NCBI GenBank assembly: GCA_963713865.1
Contig: OY970208.1
Location: 384,001 to 448,000 of the forward strand
DNA length: 64,000 bases
Direction: 5' to 3'
Origin: an uncultured candidate division Zixibacteria bacterium
GTDB lineage: Bacteria > Zixibacteria > MSB-5A5 > RBG-16-43-9
The position numbers and the translations under genes are program-made. This document shows positions 42,154 to 52,501 of the stretch, in pieces. The notes below the pieces were generated by a model. It did not search any database, was not told the origin of the DNA, and saw only the letters and a list, made by a program, of their open reading frames with translations. How positions within the stretch are numbered: position 1 is the first letter of the stretch; every line of letters starts with the position of its first letter.

Positions 42154-42897
42154 TTACCAGCTAACCGGCACCCCGGAAATTGACATCCCCATCACACCCA
42201 AACCAATTCCCAGACATACCAATATTATCCAGCTTATAAAAACTGCAATGAATGCTTTGGTCATAGAGAATTTATATAGAACAGTCATACCCAAGATTAT
42301 CAAGATTATCTCCCAGATAGAAAAAATATCAAAAGCTGAGAGGAGCATATATCTAATCTTGGTGAAATCACCTTCAGGCATCAACAATGCCAGACCTGTT
42401 TGCACATCTGCTGAATTTTTCGCTAAGATCAAAGGGGTTTTAAGAATTCCCCCTAAGACAGTTATAAAAGATATATAGGTTACAACCGATAAGACCTTTT
42501 TGTAACTGCTGTCTCCACCGAGAATGATATTGCAGAAAAAATAGACCAGGGAGGTAAGAAGAAAAAGTCCGATAAGAGTCTTTATGATCTCACCTACAGC
42601 TGTGCTTATCCTCGCTGTTGTAGTAACCTCAGTCATTTTCTCCAACAATTCCGGAGAAGAAGAAAACCTGGGTATATTGGAAACAATCTCCTTCTGTTGA
42701 AGAAGACTCTGTGGTAAAATTATCTCCGCTATAATTATGCCAATTATCAAAATGAGAATAAAGGCAAAAAGCCAGGAAGGCTTGTTGTTCAAAAAACTGA
42801 AAACCTTTTTCGGTTCAAAAAAGACCCCAAAGACCCTGGACAAAAACCCCATCTTCTCCTCTGTTTCAGGTTCCTGCGATTTTAGTTCCTCTTCCAT
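42154..42897 (-). CDS. Yip1-family membrane protein
   Basis: VFFEPKKVF..L..KPSW, 5 TM; upstream of the efflux genes. Confidence 0.75.
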   Translation of the reverse strand: MEEELKSQEPETEEKMGFLSRVFGVFFEPKKVFSFLNNKPSWLFAFILILIIGIIIAEIILPQSLLQQKEIVSNIPRFSSSPELLEKMTEVTTTARISTAVGEIIKTLIGLFLLTSLVYFFCNIILGGDSSYKKVLSVVTYISFITVLGGILKTPLILAKNSADVQTGLALLMPEGDFTKIRYMLLSAFDIFSIWEIILIILGMTVLYKFSMTKAFIAVFISWIILVCLGIGLGVMGMSISGVPVSW

Positions 42898-43136
42898 TCT
42901 TCCTCCTTAAAAATAGATTATACAATTATTTTAACGTAATAAAACCTAAAAAGTTTCAAAAATCAACTGAAATCGGAGTTTGATATAAGTATTGTTTTTG
43001 CGGGAGATAAAGGATGTAAATAGTGCTTATTTTTCTCTGCTCTTCGCTGGTGTCCTCACTAACGAAGAAATAGTCTTTGGTGAAGAAATCAATGACCAGC
43101 GGAAAAGTCTAAAAATCTTGAGATATTTTTAGAATC

Positions 43137-45491
43137 TCAATCTTTGATAATTCCTCTTCTTTTACTGATAACCAATGCCACAACCAGAATAACAAAACCC
43201 AAAAAAGCTAAGGGAGCTTTTAGTCCAGAAGAAATCTGGCTTTTGCCAATAAGAAGAGGTAAAATAAGAATAGATACCAAGTTCATCACTTTAATCAGAG
43301 GATTGAGCGATGGACCGGCTGTATCTTTGAAAGGGTCACCCACTGTATCTCCGATAATTGCAGCTTTATGAGCCTCAGACCCTTTGCCTCCATAAAGCCC
43401 GGCTTCAATCGTCTTTTTGGCATTATCCCAAGTTCCACCAGCATTAGAAAGCATAACTGCAAGAAGCTGACCGGTTAAGATTGTTCCGGCTAAAAATCCG
43501 CCCAGACCATCCACCCCCAAGAGAAATCCAACTATCAGAGGAGAAAGGATAGCTAAAAGTCCCGGGGTGATAAGCTCTTTTTGAGCCGCCAAAGTAGAGA
43601 TATTTACACACTTATAATATTCAGGTTTGCCTATCCCCTCCATCAATCCGGGTATCTCCTTGAACTGTCTCCTGACCTCTTCCACGACCTGAAAGGCAGC
43701 TCTTCCTACAGCTCTTATAGCTAAAGAGCTGAAAAGAAAAGGCATTGCTCCACCGATAAGAAGACCTACAAAAGCCCTGGGCATATTTATCTGGATACCT
43801 TTTTCGAAGAACTTTAAGGCTGGATCGAGCAGATTGATATCGGAACCATAAGACCGGAACAGGGAGACTGCCGCTACCACGGCTGAAGCTATGGCAAAGC
43901 CTTTGGTTACTGCTTTGGTGGTATTTCCAACCGCATCTAATTTGTGCACTATCAGATGGGCATTCGGATTATTATCTTCCTCCAAGACTTTGGACATCTC
44001 GAAGATACCATTAGCATTATCTGATACTGGTCCATAAGAATCCATTGAGACTATAAACCCGGTTGTAGTAAGCATACCCATACCGCATAAAGCGATTCCG
44101 TAGGCGGCTAAGGCGATGTCTCCAGCGAAGATAATATTTGAAACTATTATAGCCAAAGAAATGGCTATAATGGCTAAAACAGTTGACTCCATCCCTTCAG
44201 AAAATCCTGCCAGAATCGTTGTTGCCGGACCGGTTTTAGTAGCTCTGGCAGTTTCCTTTACTGGACTGTATTCCACTGCAGTATAGTATTCAGTTAAATA
44301 ACTGATCAAAATCGCTAAGACAATCCCGGAGAAGGTTGCCAGGAAAAACCTCATATCCGGAGCACCAGAAGAAGTTTTTATATAGAAATAGTTTATCAAC
44401 CCGAAACCGATGGTGGAAGATAAAGCTGCGATTAAAAACCCGTTCTGAATAGGTCTCATCGGATTGAAATCTTTTGTGTCTTTACCTTTAACACTCCAGG
44501 TTCCCAGTATGGAAGCAAACACTCCAACTGCCCTGACTAAAAGTGGGAAGATTATCAATTTTAAAGCTAAGTCCCTGCCAAAAATAGTCGGATTAATGGC
44601 TGCATAGGAAGCTCCTAAGATCATTGCTGCTACTAAGGTAACCTCATAAGATTCAAAAAGGTCTGCAGCCATTCCCGCACAATCTCCAACATTATCTCCC
44701 ACATTGTCTGCTATTACTGCTGCATTTCTGGGGTCATCCTCTGGAATACCAGCTTCAATTTTACCCACCAGGTCTGCACCTACATCTGCGGCTTTGGTAT
44801 AGATTCCACCACCTACCCTCATAAATAATGCCACCAGACTGCCTCCAAAGCCAAAGCCGATCAAAACCATCATCGCCTGCTCTTTGAAAATCATAAATAT
44901 AACGGTTGCCCCAACTAATCCCATTCCGATAGTGAACATCCCGGTAACAGTTCCCGATTGAAAAGCGGTTTCTAAGGCATTTTTAAAGGAGGTCCTGGCT
45001 GCATGAGCTACCCTGACATTACCCCGGACTGCTACTGACATCCCGATAAGACCGGTCATAGCTGACAAAGTCGAGCCAGCTAAAAAGGATAAGGCGATTC
45101 CCCAGACTAACTTCCAGTTCGGAGTTCCATCTGAAAGCAGGTAGATGTTTTTATAAACAAAAAATAACAGAATGGTTAAAGCGATGATGAAAAGAAATAG
45201 AACCCTGAACTGACGGGTAAGGTAGGCTTTAGCCCCTTCCTGAATAGCCTTTGCCACCTCGATCATCTTAGGGGTGCCCTGATCTTTCTTAACAACTTTG
45301 AAAGCTAAATAAAGTCCATAGGCTAATCCTAAAATGGCAGAAAGCAAAACAAAATATAAAGCATTATTTACTGTCTGGTCAAAGGGAGGCAAAAGTACGT
45401 TGTTCTCTCCAGCTAAAAGATTACCGGGGAGAAGCGATAAAAAGAAAATGAAGATAAAAAAAATTAGTTTAAAGCTAAAAATTTTTGGCAT
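43137..45491 (-). CDS. hppA: Membrane-integral pyrophosphatase, K+-independent signature
   Basis: DVGADLVGKIE, DNVGDNVGD, GNTTKA, GDTVGDPFKDT. Confidence 0.95.
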   Translation of the reverse strand: MPKIFSFKLIFFIFIFFLSLLPGNLLAGENNVLLPPFDQTVNNALYFVLLSAILGLAYGLYLAFKVVKKDQGTPKMIEVAKAIQEGAKAYLTRQFRVLFLFIIALTILLFFVYKNIYLLSDGTPNWKLVWGIALSFLAGSTLSAMTGLIGMSVAVRGNVRVAHAARTSFKNALETAFQSGTVTGMFTIGMGLVGATVIFMIFKEQAMMVLIGFGFGGSLVALFMRVGGGIYTKAADVGADLVGKIEAGIPEDDPRNAAVIADNVGDNVGDCAGMAADLFESYEVTLVAAMILGASYAAINPTIFGRDLALKLIIFPLLVRAVGVFASILGTWSVKGKDTKDFNPMRPIQNGFLIAALSSTIGFGLINYFYIKTSSGAPDMRFFLATFSGIVLAILISYLTEYYTAVEYSPVKETARATKTGPATTILAGFSEGMESTVLAIIAISLAIIVSNIIFAGDIALAAYGIALCGMGMLTTTGFIVSMDSYGPVSDNANGIFEMSKVLEEDNNPNAHLIVHKLDAVGNTTKAVTKGFAIASAVVAAVSLFRSYGSDINLLDPALKFFEKGIQINMPRAFVGLLIGGAMPFLFSSLAIRAVGRAAFQVVEEVRRQFKEIPGLMEGIGKPEYYKCVNISTLAAQKELITPGLLAILSPLIVGFLLGVDGLGGFLAGTILTGQLLAVMLSNAGGTWDNAKKTIEAGLYGGKGSEAHKAAIIGDTVGDPFKDTAGPSLNPLIKVMNLVSILILPLLIGKSQISSGLKAPLAFLGFVILVVALVISKRRGIIKD

Positions 45492-45602
45492 TCCTACCTC
45501 CCTTTCATATTTCTCCAGATTTAAAAAACAAAGGCAGCTTGATATAAACTGCCTTATGAATTTCCTATATAAAAAGCATCCTGCTGCTATTCCCCCTCTC
45601 CA

Positions 45603-46328
45603 TTATTTCAGGGTAAACTCCACTTTATACTGCACCCAGACCGCTACCGGCTCCTTATTGCTGATGGCTGGTTTATATTCATTCTGCATGGCGGCTTTGG
45701 TTGCGGCCTCACAGAAAATATCCTGGTTAACAGTGCCCGGTCCTTTAATACATTTCGCATCCCTGACTTTGCCATGTTTATCCACCAAGGCTTGCACCCA
45801 AACCACCCCTTCAACACTTGCCTTTCGAGCTAAATCCGGAAAGGGTGGTTTAATCCATTTTATTGGCACGGGAGCCTCTTCATACGGAACAAATTCATCC
45901 GCAGAAGGGAGATAATCTTCTGCTGGTATTTCTATAGATAATGACTCTTTACCCGTTCCCTCGGTTGAAGCTGTAGGGTTCTGCAAAACACTTAATTCAC
46001 TCTGGCTGGCTAAGGTAACGGTTTCCTTAACCTGATCGTCCGGAACCGCTTCGGGAATACCTACAGATGGTGCTGCTGCAGCTGGCGCTGCTACTGCAAC
46101 CTGCTGAGCCATACTCTGGCTCAAGGACGGTGGTGCTCCTAATTCAGCCACACTCTTTATCCTGATCACCCTAGTAGCCACTGGTTTCTGCGCTTTGATC
46201 TGGGTGAAAAGCAGAAAAGAACCTATTAGAATGATGTGTATCAACCCGGCAATAATCACTGCTAAGCCTAAATTTCTCTGATAAACTCTCTTGAGCTCAA
46301 AAGCTCCATAAGGTGTAGCGACTCTCAT
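45603..46328 (-). CDS. tonB: Energy transducer TonB
   Basis: TM with His, Pro/Ala linker, FPDLAR..VEGVV C-domain. Confidence 0.88.
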   Translation of the reverse strand: MRVATPYGAFELKRVYQRNLGLAVIIAGLIHIILIGSFLLFTQIKAQKPVATRVIRIKSVAELGAPPSLSQSMAQQVAVAAPAAAAPSVGIPEAVPDDQVKETVTLASQSELSVLQNPTASTEGTGKESLSIEIPAEDYLPSADEFVPYEEAPVPIKWIKPPFPDLARKASVEGVVWVQALVDKHGKVRDAKCIKGPGTVNQDIFCEAATKAAMQNEYKPAISNKEPVAVWVQYKVEFTLK

Positions 46329-46876
46329 CTTTTCTTCCCTCCTTTCGGCTGGATCTTTCCGGTGATAAGCCCTTCGTCTTCATCCGTAAAGGGGGCAAGG
46401 CTGAAACGATAACTGAATTTATCGTTCTTTTCCTTTATCTGCCTTTCGATCAACTGAATCTCATCGATTATATCGACCATTTTGTAATATTTTGCATCTT
46501 TATGAATCTTGATCAAGGTCACCAGCTTTGGCTTTTCAAGATTCTTTCTTAACAGGAGAGACCTCAAAGAATCCGCAGGTAAGGGCTCTGGTTTATCCAC
46601 CCCCATGCTCCAGAATATTTTTCCCTCTATATCCACTCTTAAGGTTAAAAGGTTAGATTCCGCAATAGGAACTGGAACATCCTCTGGAGGGAGGTTAATC
46701 TCCATAGCCTGAGGCATACTGAAAATTGTGGTTACCATATAGAAAATCAAGAGTAGAAATGCTATATCCACCATAGGGGTCATATCAATTCGAATCCCTA
46801 TCCTTCTCTTGGGTCTTCTTAAACCGCTACCCTTTTTCCCTCGAGGACTTGGTCCTCCTACATCAACTGCTGCCAT
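46325..46876 (-). CDS. exbD: ExbD
   Basis: IDMTPMVDIAFLLLIF. Confidence 0.92.
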   Translation of the reverse strand: MAAVDVGGPSPRGKKGSGLRRPKRRIGIRIDMTPMVDIAFLLLIFYMVTTIFSMPQAMEINLPPEDVPVPIAESNLLTLRVDIEGKIFWSMGVDKPEPLPADSLRSLLLRKNLEKPKLVTLIKIHKDAKYYKMVDIIDEIQLIERQIKEKNDKFSYRFSLAPFTDEDEGLITGKIQPKGGKKR

Positions 46877-46918
46877 AATAAATCACTCCTTAAGCAAAAA
46901 TTGCTTTAAATCCTCTTA

Positions 46919-47389
46919 TTAACTTCCGGTCTCGGTCTCGGTGACTAACTGAAAGCGCGGCATGTAGTTATCTCTCATGGTAGTCATCAGGCTCTGCATG
47001 GTCCCGTAACGAGCTTCTTTATCTGCTTTAATTACCACAAAGATCCGAGGGTACTTTGCCCGGATGGAATTTATAATTCCTACCACCGTATTAAGATTTA
47101 CCTCTTCATAAATTCTTTCAGTAATCTTCTCCTTCTTCCCCTTTATCTCCACTTCCTTCCTGGTCAAATAATCTACAAAGATTGAGTCTTCTTTAGTCAC
47201 TGTTATCGTCAAAATATCCGTCTCCGGAAGTTTGATCTCGGAATGGGAGGAGGGTAGAGCGACTGTTTTCTTTTCTGGAGGTTTGAACTGGGTTGTAGTC
47301 ATATAGAAGATCAAAAGCAGAAAGGCGATATCCACCATAGGGGTCATATCGATTTTGACTCCTATTCTCCTTTTCATCTTCTTTAACAT
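46919..47389 (-). CDS. exbD: ExbD
   Basis: IDMTPMVDIAFLLLIF, IKADK. Confidence 0.92.
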   Translation of the reverse strand: MLKKMKRRIGVKIDMTPMVDIAFLLLIFYMTTTQFKPPEKKTVALPSSHSEIKLPETDILTITVTKEDSIFVDYLTRKEVEIKGKKEKITERIYEEVNLNTVVGIINSIRAKYPRIFVVIKADKEARYGTMQSLMTTMRDNYMPRFQLVTETETGS

Positions 47390-48114
47390 TACTTTTCAGC
47401 CTCCTTGCTCTTCAACAGCTGTAATACCTCGTATGTAGCCTCATCCATAGTATAGTTAAAGGCATCTACTTTATTCACGAAGAAATTATAAGCTACGATC
47501 CCCACGATGGCATTAAAAAGCCCACCAGCAGTATTCACTAAAGCTTCGGAAATCCCTTTGGCTAACTGCATAGCATCCACCACACCTCCTACCCTTGACG
47601 AAGTTGCTGCAAAAGCTCTGATCATTCCGATAGTGGTTCCCAAAAGTCCCACCATGGTGGCAATCGAGGCAATAGTGGATAGAGCGATCAGGTTCCTCTC
47701 TAAAAGCGGGACTTCTAAGGCATTTGCCTCCTCAATTGCTCTCTGGGTTTCGCTTAAGCGTTTCTCCGAGGTAGTCCCCCCTTTCAATTGTTGATACCTC
47801 TCGATTCCGGCCCTTAAAACATTAGCAGTTGTACCTCTCTGTTTATCACAGGCTGCTATCGCACCATCGAAATCCCCTTTATCCAGCATCTGGATTACAT
47901 TTTTAAAAAAGGACTGGACTGAAGCTTTTCCCCGGGCTTTTCTCAAAGTGAAAATCCTTTCAAAGATAAATGATACAAGCATCACCGCTAAAGCTATCAG
48001 TACTGCCACCAGCGGACCCCCCTCTTTCAGGTAGGAAGGCAACATGCTCCAGATGACAAATCCTAGTATTAATGCCACCAACAACACCGCAGTTATAAAA
48101 ACCGATTGTTTCAC
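47389..48114 (-). CDS. exbB: MotA/TolQ/ExbB proton channel
   Basis: GLLGTTIGMI.AF, GISEALVNTA. Confidence 0.92.
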   Translation of the reverse strand: MKQSVFITAVLLVALILGFVIWSMLPSYLKEGGPLVAVLIALAVMLVSFIFERIFTLRKARGKASVQSFFKNVIQMLDKGDFDGAIAACDKQRGTTANVLRAGIERYQQLKGGTTSEKRLSETQRAIEEANALEVPLLERNLIALSTIASIATMVGLLGTTIGMIRAFAATSSRVGGVVDAMQLAKGISEALVNTAGGLFNAIVGIVAYNFFVNKVDAFNYTMDEATYEVLQLLKSKEAEK

Positions 48115-48204
48115 GAGAATACCTCCTTTGAAGTTTAAAATTTAAGTTATAATTTTATATTTTTTTCTACTTAAAACTATCTCATCCTTACCTCCTTCAT
48201 ACTC

Positions 48205-48912
48205 TTATAGATCATTTGCTTTAATGCTATTCATCACCCAGCATCCCAGGCTGATCCACAGACCAGTTCCGGATATGCTCACTAAAGTTACCACATTGAA
48301 AGTATCCTTGAGCTGATTTACCCCGAAAGCAGATGCCAGCGGGGTAGCCATCCCGAATATCGAGAGGATAACCGCAATTAGCCACAAAAGCAAAGGGACG
48401 AAATTAAGTCTGAGCGACCTTTTGAGCTTCTGGAGATAACCACCTTCCGAGTTTGTTTTACTGTAAAGGGCTAACAGGTTCAGAATCCCAAAGATAAAGG
48501 AACTTAAAATCACGAACAAGAAGATAATCACTGAAAGTCCCAGAAGAGGTCCCCCTAAGCCGGAATAGGTCATCGCCGTTCCAAGATTAATCAGGTATTG
48601 AAGGGCATTGTAGCGTATGGCACTCTCTCCGCGGGTGAAAGTAAACCAGGGAAGAAAAACGCTCAAAATCATCAAAGAAGAAGTCAGGCTGAGCACCCAT
48701 TTCTCCACCGGAGTGAAAATCGGCACAAAAACTACGCTGTGGTCACGCTCCTCCCTTTCTCCCTTTTCCTTTCTTTTTTTAGTTTCTTCTAAATATCTTT
48801 TTTCCTCCTCCGCATTTTTCCAGAACTTCCTGGGCTTGAGGGGGAAAACCTCAAACCCGATATACTTATAGCGCAGGTCCTCTTCTTTTTCTCCCTTTTT
48901 TTCTTCTACCAT
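48205..48912 (-). CDS. Hypothetical membrane protein
   Basis: Charged N-terminus plus about 4 TM; GGAG RBS. Confidence 0.7.
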   Translation of the reverse strand: MVEEKKGEKEEDLRYKYIGFEVFPLKPRKFWKNAEEEKRYLEETKKRKEKGEREERDHSVVFVPIFTPVEKWVLSLTSSLMILSVFLPWFTFTRGESAIRYNALQYLINLGTAMTYSGLGGPLLGLSVIIFLFVILSSFIFGILNLLALYSKTNSEGGYLQKLKRSLRLNFVPLLLWLIAVILSIFGMATPLASAFGVNQLKDTFNVVTLVSISGTGLWISLGCWVMNSIKANDL

Positions 48913-48983
48913 ATCACTCCTCTATTTCTATACAATTGAAATTAAATTTTATTCCTTTCGAATTCCTTGGGATAATTCGGTAA

Positions 48984-50657
48984 TTAATAGTTGAACTCTA
49001 AGAAAGCCAATCGGTCTTTAGCAAGTTTATTCTTTGGATCTAACCTCAAAACCTTGCGGTAAGCTTCTTTCGCCTTCTCATACTGGTTAGTGATATCATA
49101 AGCCTGAGCCAGCCATAAATTAAAGGAGATGTCGTTCTGCTGGCAGTTGACTGCCTCTATGAGAGGTCTTATCGCCTCAGAGGCTCTATTCATAGTAAGA
49201 AGTACATAACCGTAACTACCTTTGGCTTGACAGTCCTGAGGATTCAATAGAATGATCTTCTCATATTCCGCTTTAGCCTCAGGATAAGACTTAAGCTCGT
49301 TCAAATAGATATAGGCCAGATATTGATGAGCTTGCAGATAATCCGCTTTTAGCTCTACTACCTTCTTCAAAGGCTCTAAAGCTTCCTTATACTGCTTCAT
49401 ATTCACATAGCAATAAGCCAGATTAAGGTAGCTGTTAAAGCTGGTGGAATCCATTTCAATTTTCTTTTTCAGGGCAGGGATTGCCTCTGAATATTTTTTG
49501 AGTTGATAATAAGCTAAACCAAGATAAGAATAAGATTCGCTGTAATTTGAATCTAACTGGACGGCTAAGACAAGATAGTTCACCGCCTTCTCCAGATTTA
49601 GAGAATCACCTAAATAATAATGCACCTGACCTTTATCCACTAAGAAATCTCTATCTTTAACTGTCCATTCAAATTTATTTTTACTGGTATATCTTTTCTC
49701 ATAACTATCGTAGGCTGAAGCTGCCTCCGAATACATTTTCTTGTCCTGGTAGCTCTTACCTAAATAAAAGTAAGCTTCAGTCAGGTTAGAATCCAGCTGG
49801 ATAGCTTTATTCAAATCCACTAAGGTGCTATCCAGTTGATGCATATTATAATATGCTTTTCCCAGACCTAAATAGGCTAAAGGATTATTCGGGTCTAATT
49901 TTATATATTCATTATATGCCCATCCGGCCTCAGGATATTTTTTAGCTAAGATGTATATATTCCCCAGGTCGGTATAGACCGATTTGAATTCCGGTTCTAT
50001 TTTCACTGTTTTTTTAAAGGCATCTGCGGCCGAATTAAAATCCATCTGCAAAAGATAAGCTTTTCCTAAACTGTAGTACACCTCAGCCCGGTTGGAATCA
50101 AGGCTTAAAGCTTTATTATATTCCTCAATGGCTATAGAGGGAACCTCTTTCTTCAAATTGACATCCCCTAAATTCTTATGATACTCAGGTTTCTTAGGGT
50201 TCGCTGAGATGGCTGAGCGAAAACTTAGATCCGCCTCAACCAGGTTACCTTGAGCTATCTGCACCAAACCTTTTCCATTCAGGAAATCACCCGAGTTCTT
50301 TTTCGTTTCCAGCCCTTGATTAAACGTTTGTAGAGCCTGCTCGTAAGAGCCTTTATTTAGATAAGTTAAGCCAAGCTTGTAGATAGCTTCGAAATACTTT
50401 GGTTTTCGATCGATGGCATTTTGATATTGAGGGATAGCCTCATCCCACATCTTCTTTTCAAAATAACAGTTTCCTAAATAGTAATACCCCTCAGCATCAA
50501 GCGGCTTTTTCTCCAAATACGCTTTCAGGAGTTCAATGGCTTTATCGTAATTCCCATTCTGGTAAGCTTTTTTCCCGCTGTCCAGATCCTGACATCCAGC
50601 CGTTGTATAGAGGGTTAAAAAAAGTATTATTGCTGTAAGCCAGACCCGAAAAATCAT
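48984..50657 (-). CDS. Exported TPR-repeat protein
   Basis: Many TPR repeats, signal/lipobox-like TAGC; GAGGAG RBS before 50657. Confidence 0.88.
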   Translation of the reverse strand: MIFRVWLTAIILFLTLYTTAGCQDLDSGKKAYQNGNYDKAIELLKAYLEKKPLDAEGYYYLGNCYFEKKMWDEAIPQYQNAIDRKPKYFEAIYKLGLTYLNKGSYEQALQTFNQGLETKKNSGDFLNGKGLVQIAQGNLVEADLSFRSAISANPKKPEYHKNLGDVNLKKEVPSIAIEEYNKALSLDSNRAEVYYSLGKAYLLQMDFNSAADAFKKTVKIEPEFKSVYTDLGNIYILAKKYPEAGWAYNEYIKLDPNNPLAYLGLGKAYYNMHQLDSTLVDLNKAIQLDSNLTEAYFYLGKSYQDKKMYSEAASAYDSYEKRYTSKNKFEWTVKDRDFLVDKGQVHYYLGDSLNLEKAVNYLVLAVQLDSNYSESYSYLGLAYYQLKKYSEAIPALKKKIEMDSTSFNSYLNLAYCYVNMKQYKEALEPLKKVVELKADYLQAHQYLAYIYLNELKSYPEAKAEYEKIILLNPQDCQAKGSYGYVLLTMNRASEAIRPLIEAVNCQQNDISFNLWLAQAYDITNQYEKAKEAYRKVLRLDPKNKLAKDRLAFLEFNY

Positions 50658-50748
50658 CTCTTTTCTCCTCATCCGACCTTTACCTAAAAAGTTTAAAAAT
50701 ATCATATAACCTTTCGTTGTCAAGTGTTTATTTTATATAATATTAATT

Positions 50749-50973
50749 TTACTCTTCTTTCTCCTCAATTATTTGTTCTTTTCTATATTTATTCCTCAAA
50801 AGTAAAAACCTTAAAAACCCATAAACCAGTATAATCCCGCCAAATATTATACGAAAATTTGGTTCCATTCTGAACACACCCGAAATTACCAGAAGTCCCA
50901 GAAAAATTAGAATACCGATCAGGGTATAATTAAAAATCCTCTCGAATTTTGATGAATGATAATTCATAGTCAT
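50749..50973 (-). CDS. Small 2-TM protein
   Basis: Two hydrophobic helices, 74 aa. Confidence 0.6.
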   Translation of the reverse strand: MTMNYHSSKFERIFNYTLIGILIFLGLLVISGVFRMEPNFRIIFGGIILVYGFLRFLLLRNKYRKEQIIEEKEE

Positions 50974-51345
50974 AATTTATTATTTTTCAGTAATTCCTTG
51001 ACTAAAAAATACCACTTTAGTATTATTTTAACTTAAAAATTTATTTTGTCAAGCCTAAATTTAAGCTAATGCTCTACTTATAAAACAAGCATCTAAGGGT
51101 CTTTAAAACCCTTCAGAACATAAAAACCCATTTCATATATTCAAATCTCATACCAAAAAATAGTGTTTTTAATTCTTCAATATTACCATAGACTTATATC
51201 TGTTTATGATTGGGTCAAACATCAAATCTGACAAAATTTATACAAATTATTATACCGATTTTAAGGCAACAGTATCAAGTTATTGGCTATCTTTAGATTA
51301 AAATATATTAAATTTTTGCGTTCCTCTTTAAAAACTTACGTTTTT

Positions 51346-52500
51346 TCAGCCTAATTTCTTCTGAAAACGAAGGACACTGAAAATAAGGACTGCAATCCCA
51401 ATACCTGCCAGGGGCAAGAGTTTATCCCAGAGGACAGAAAGGTTGCTTCCTTTCAGAAAAATACCCCGGACAATAATCAAAAAATACCTGAGCGGATTGA
51501 TATAGGCAAGATATTGAATCAGTTCCGGCATGTTAGAGATCGGGAACATAAATCCGGATAGTATAATCGCCGGCATCAAGAAGAAGAAAGTCGTCATCAT
51601 AGCCTGTTGCTGGGTTTTGGTAAGGGTGGAGATGAAAAGCCCTATCCCGATTGTGGTTAGGAGATAAACTCCCACTGATAAAAAGAGCAGAAAGAAACTT
51701 CCTCTGAATGGAATTTTAAACCACAGGATAGCTACTGAAGTTACCAGCACCACATCAATAAACCCGATCAGAGCAAAAGGAACGACTTTACCTAAGATTA
51801 ACTCGGTGGTTTTAATCGGAGTAACCATCAACTGCTCGATAGTTCCGATCTCCTTTTCCCTGACAATAGCCATTGAGGTAAGCATCATCGTGGTGATCAT
51901 AAGAATCAGAGCTAAAACTCCGGGCAGGTTATAATCTCTGCTTTTCAATTCCGGATTATACCAGGCCCTGGTTTGATTTTCCAGATTTAGAAATTTTATC
52001 TCCGGGACAATTCCAGAGGATAAAGCTTGAGCAGCTTCTTTCTGTATCTTATCCTGGATAAGTTTTTTATTATAGGGTAAAAGAAGCTGATTGATATAAT
52101 CTGAAGCAACCCCGGCAGTGTTTGAATTGGTTCCATCGATTATTATCTGGATCGAGGCGGTTTTCCCCTTTTTTAACTCTTGGGCAAAATCACTTCCTAT
52201 CTCAATCCCCACCCAGGCTTTACCCTGATCCAGAAGCTCTACTAACTCTATCTGCGAGTCAGGGAAATAATTGATCTCAAAGCGGCCCGAGTTTTTGAAA
52301 AGCAAGAGAATCTCTCTGCTTTCCTGAGTTTTAGAGAAATCCAATATGGCTGTGGGAATCCGGTTTACATCTGTTGTTGCTGCATATCCCAATAGAATAA
52401 GCTGAATCACCGGTGCAACAAATATAATCATCAGCATCCTTCTATCTCTTCTGACCTGGATAGTCTCCTTAAGCAAGATATGTTTAATCCTTTCCCACAT
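51346..52500 (-). CDS. YbhR-like ABC-2 permease
   Basis: REKEIGTIEQLMVTP, WYNPEL. Confidence 0.9.
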   Translation of the reverse strand: MWERIKHILLKETIQVRRDRRMLMIIFVAPVIQLILLGYAATTDVNRIPTAILDFSKTQESREILLLFKNSGRFEINYFPDSQIELVELLDQGKAWVGIEIGSDFAQELKKGKTASIQIIIDGTNSNTAGVASDYINQLLLPYNKKLIQDKIQKEAAQALSSGIVPEIKFLNLENQTRAWYNPELKSRDYNLPGVLALILMITTMMLTSMAIVREKEIGTIEQLMVTPIKTTELILGKVVPFALIGFIDVVLVTSVAILWFKIPFRGSFFLLFLSVGVYLLTTIGIGLFISTLTKTQQQAMMTTFFFLMPAIILSGFMFPISNMPELIQYLAYINPLRYFLIIVRGIFLKGSNLSVLWDKLLPLAGIGIAVLIFSVLRFQKKLG

Positions 52501-52501
52501 A

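Noticed and set aside
50974-51345. AT-rich gap as oriC, dif or ncRNA
   Set aside because: No DnaA-box cluster, dif consensus or stable structure seen
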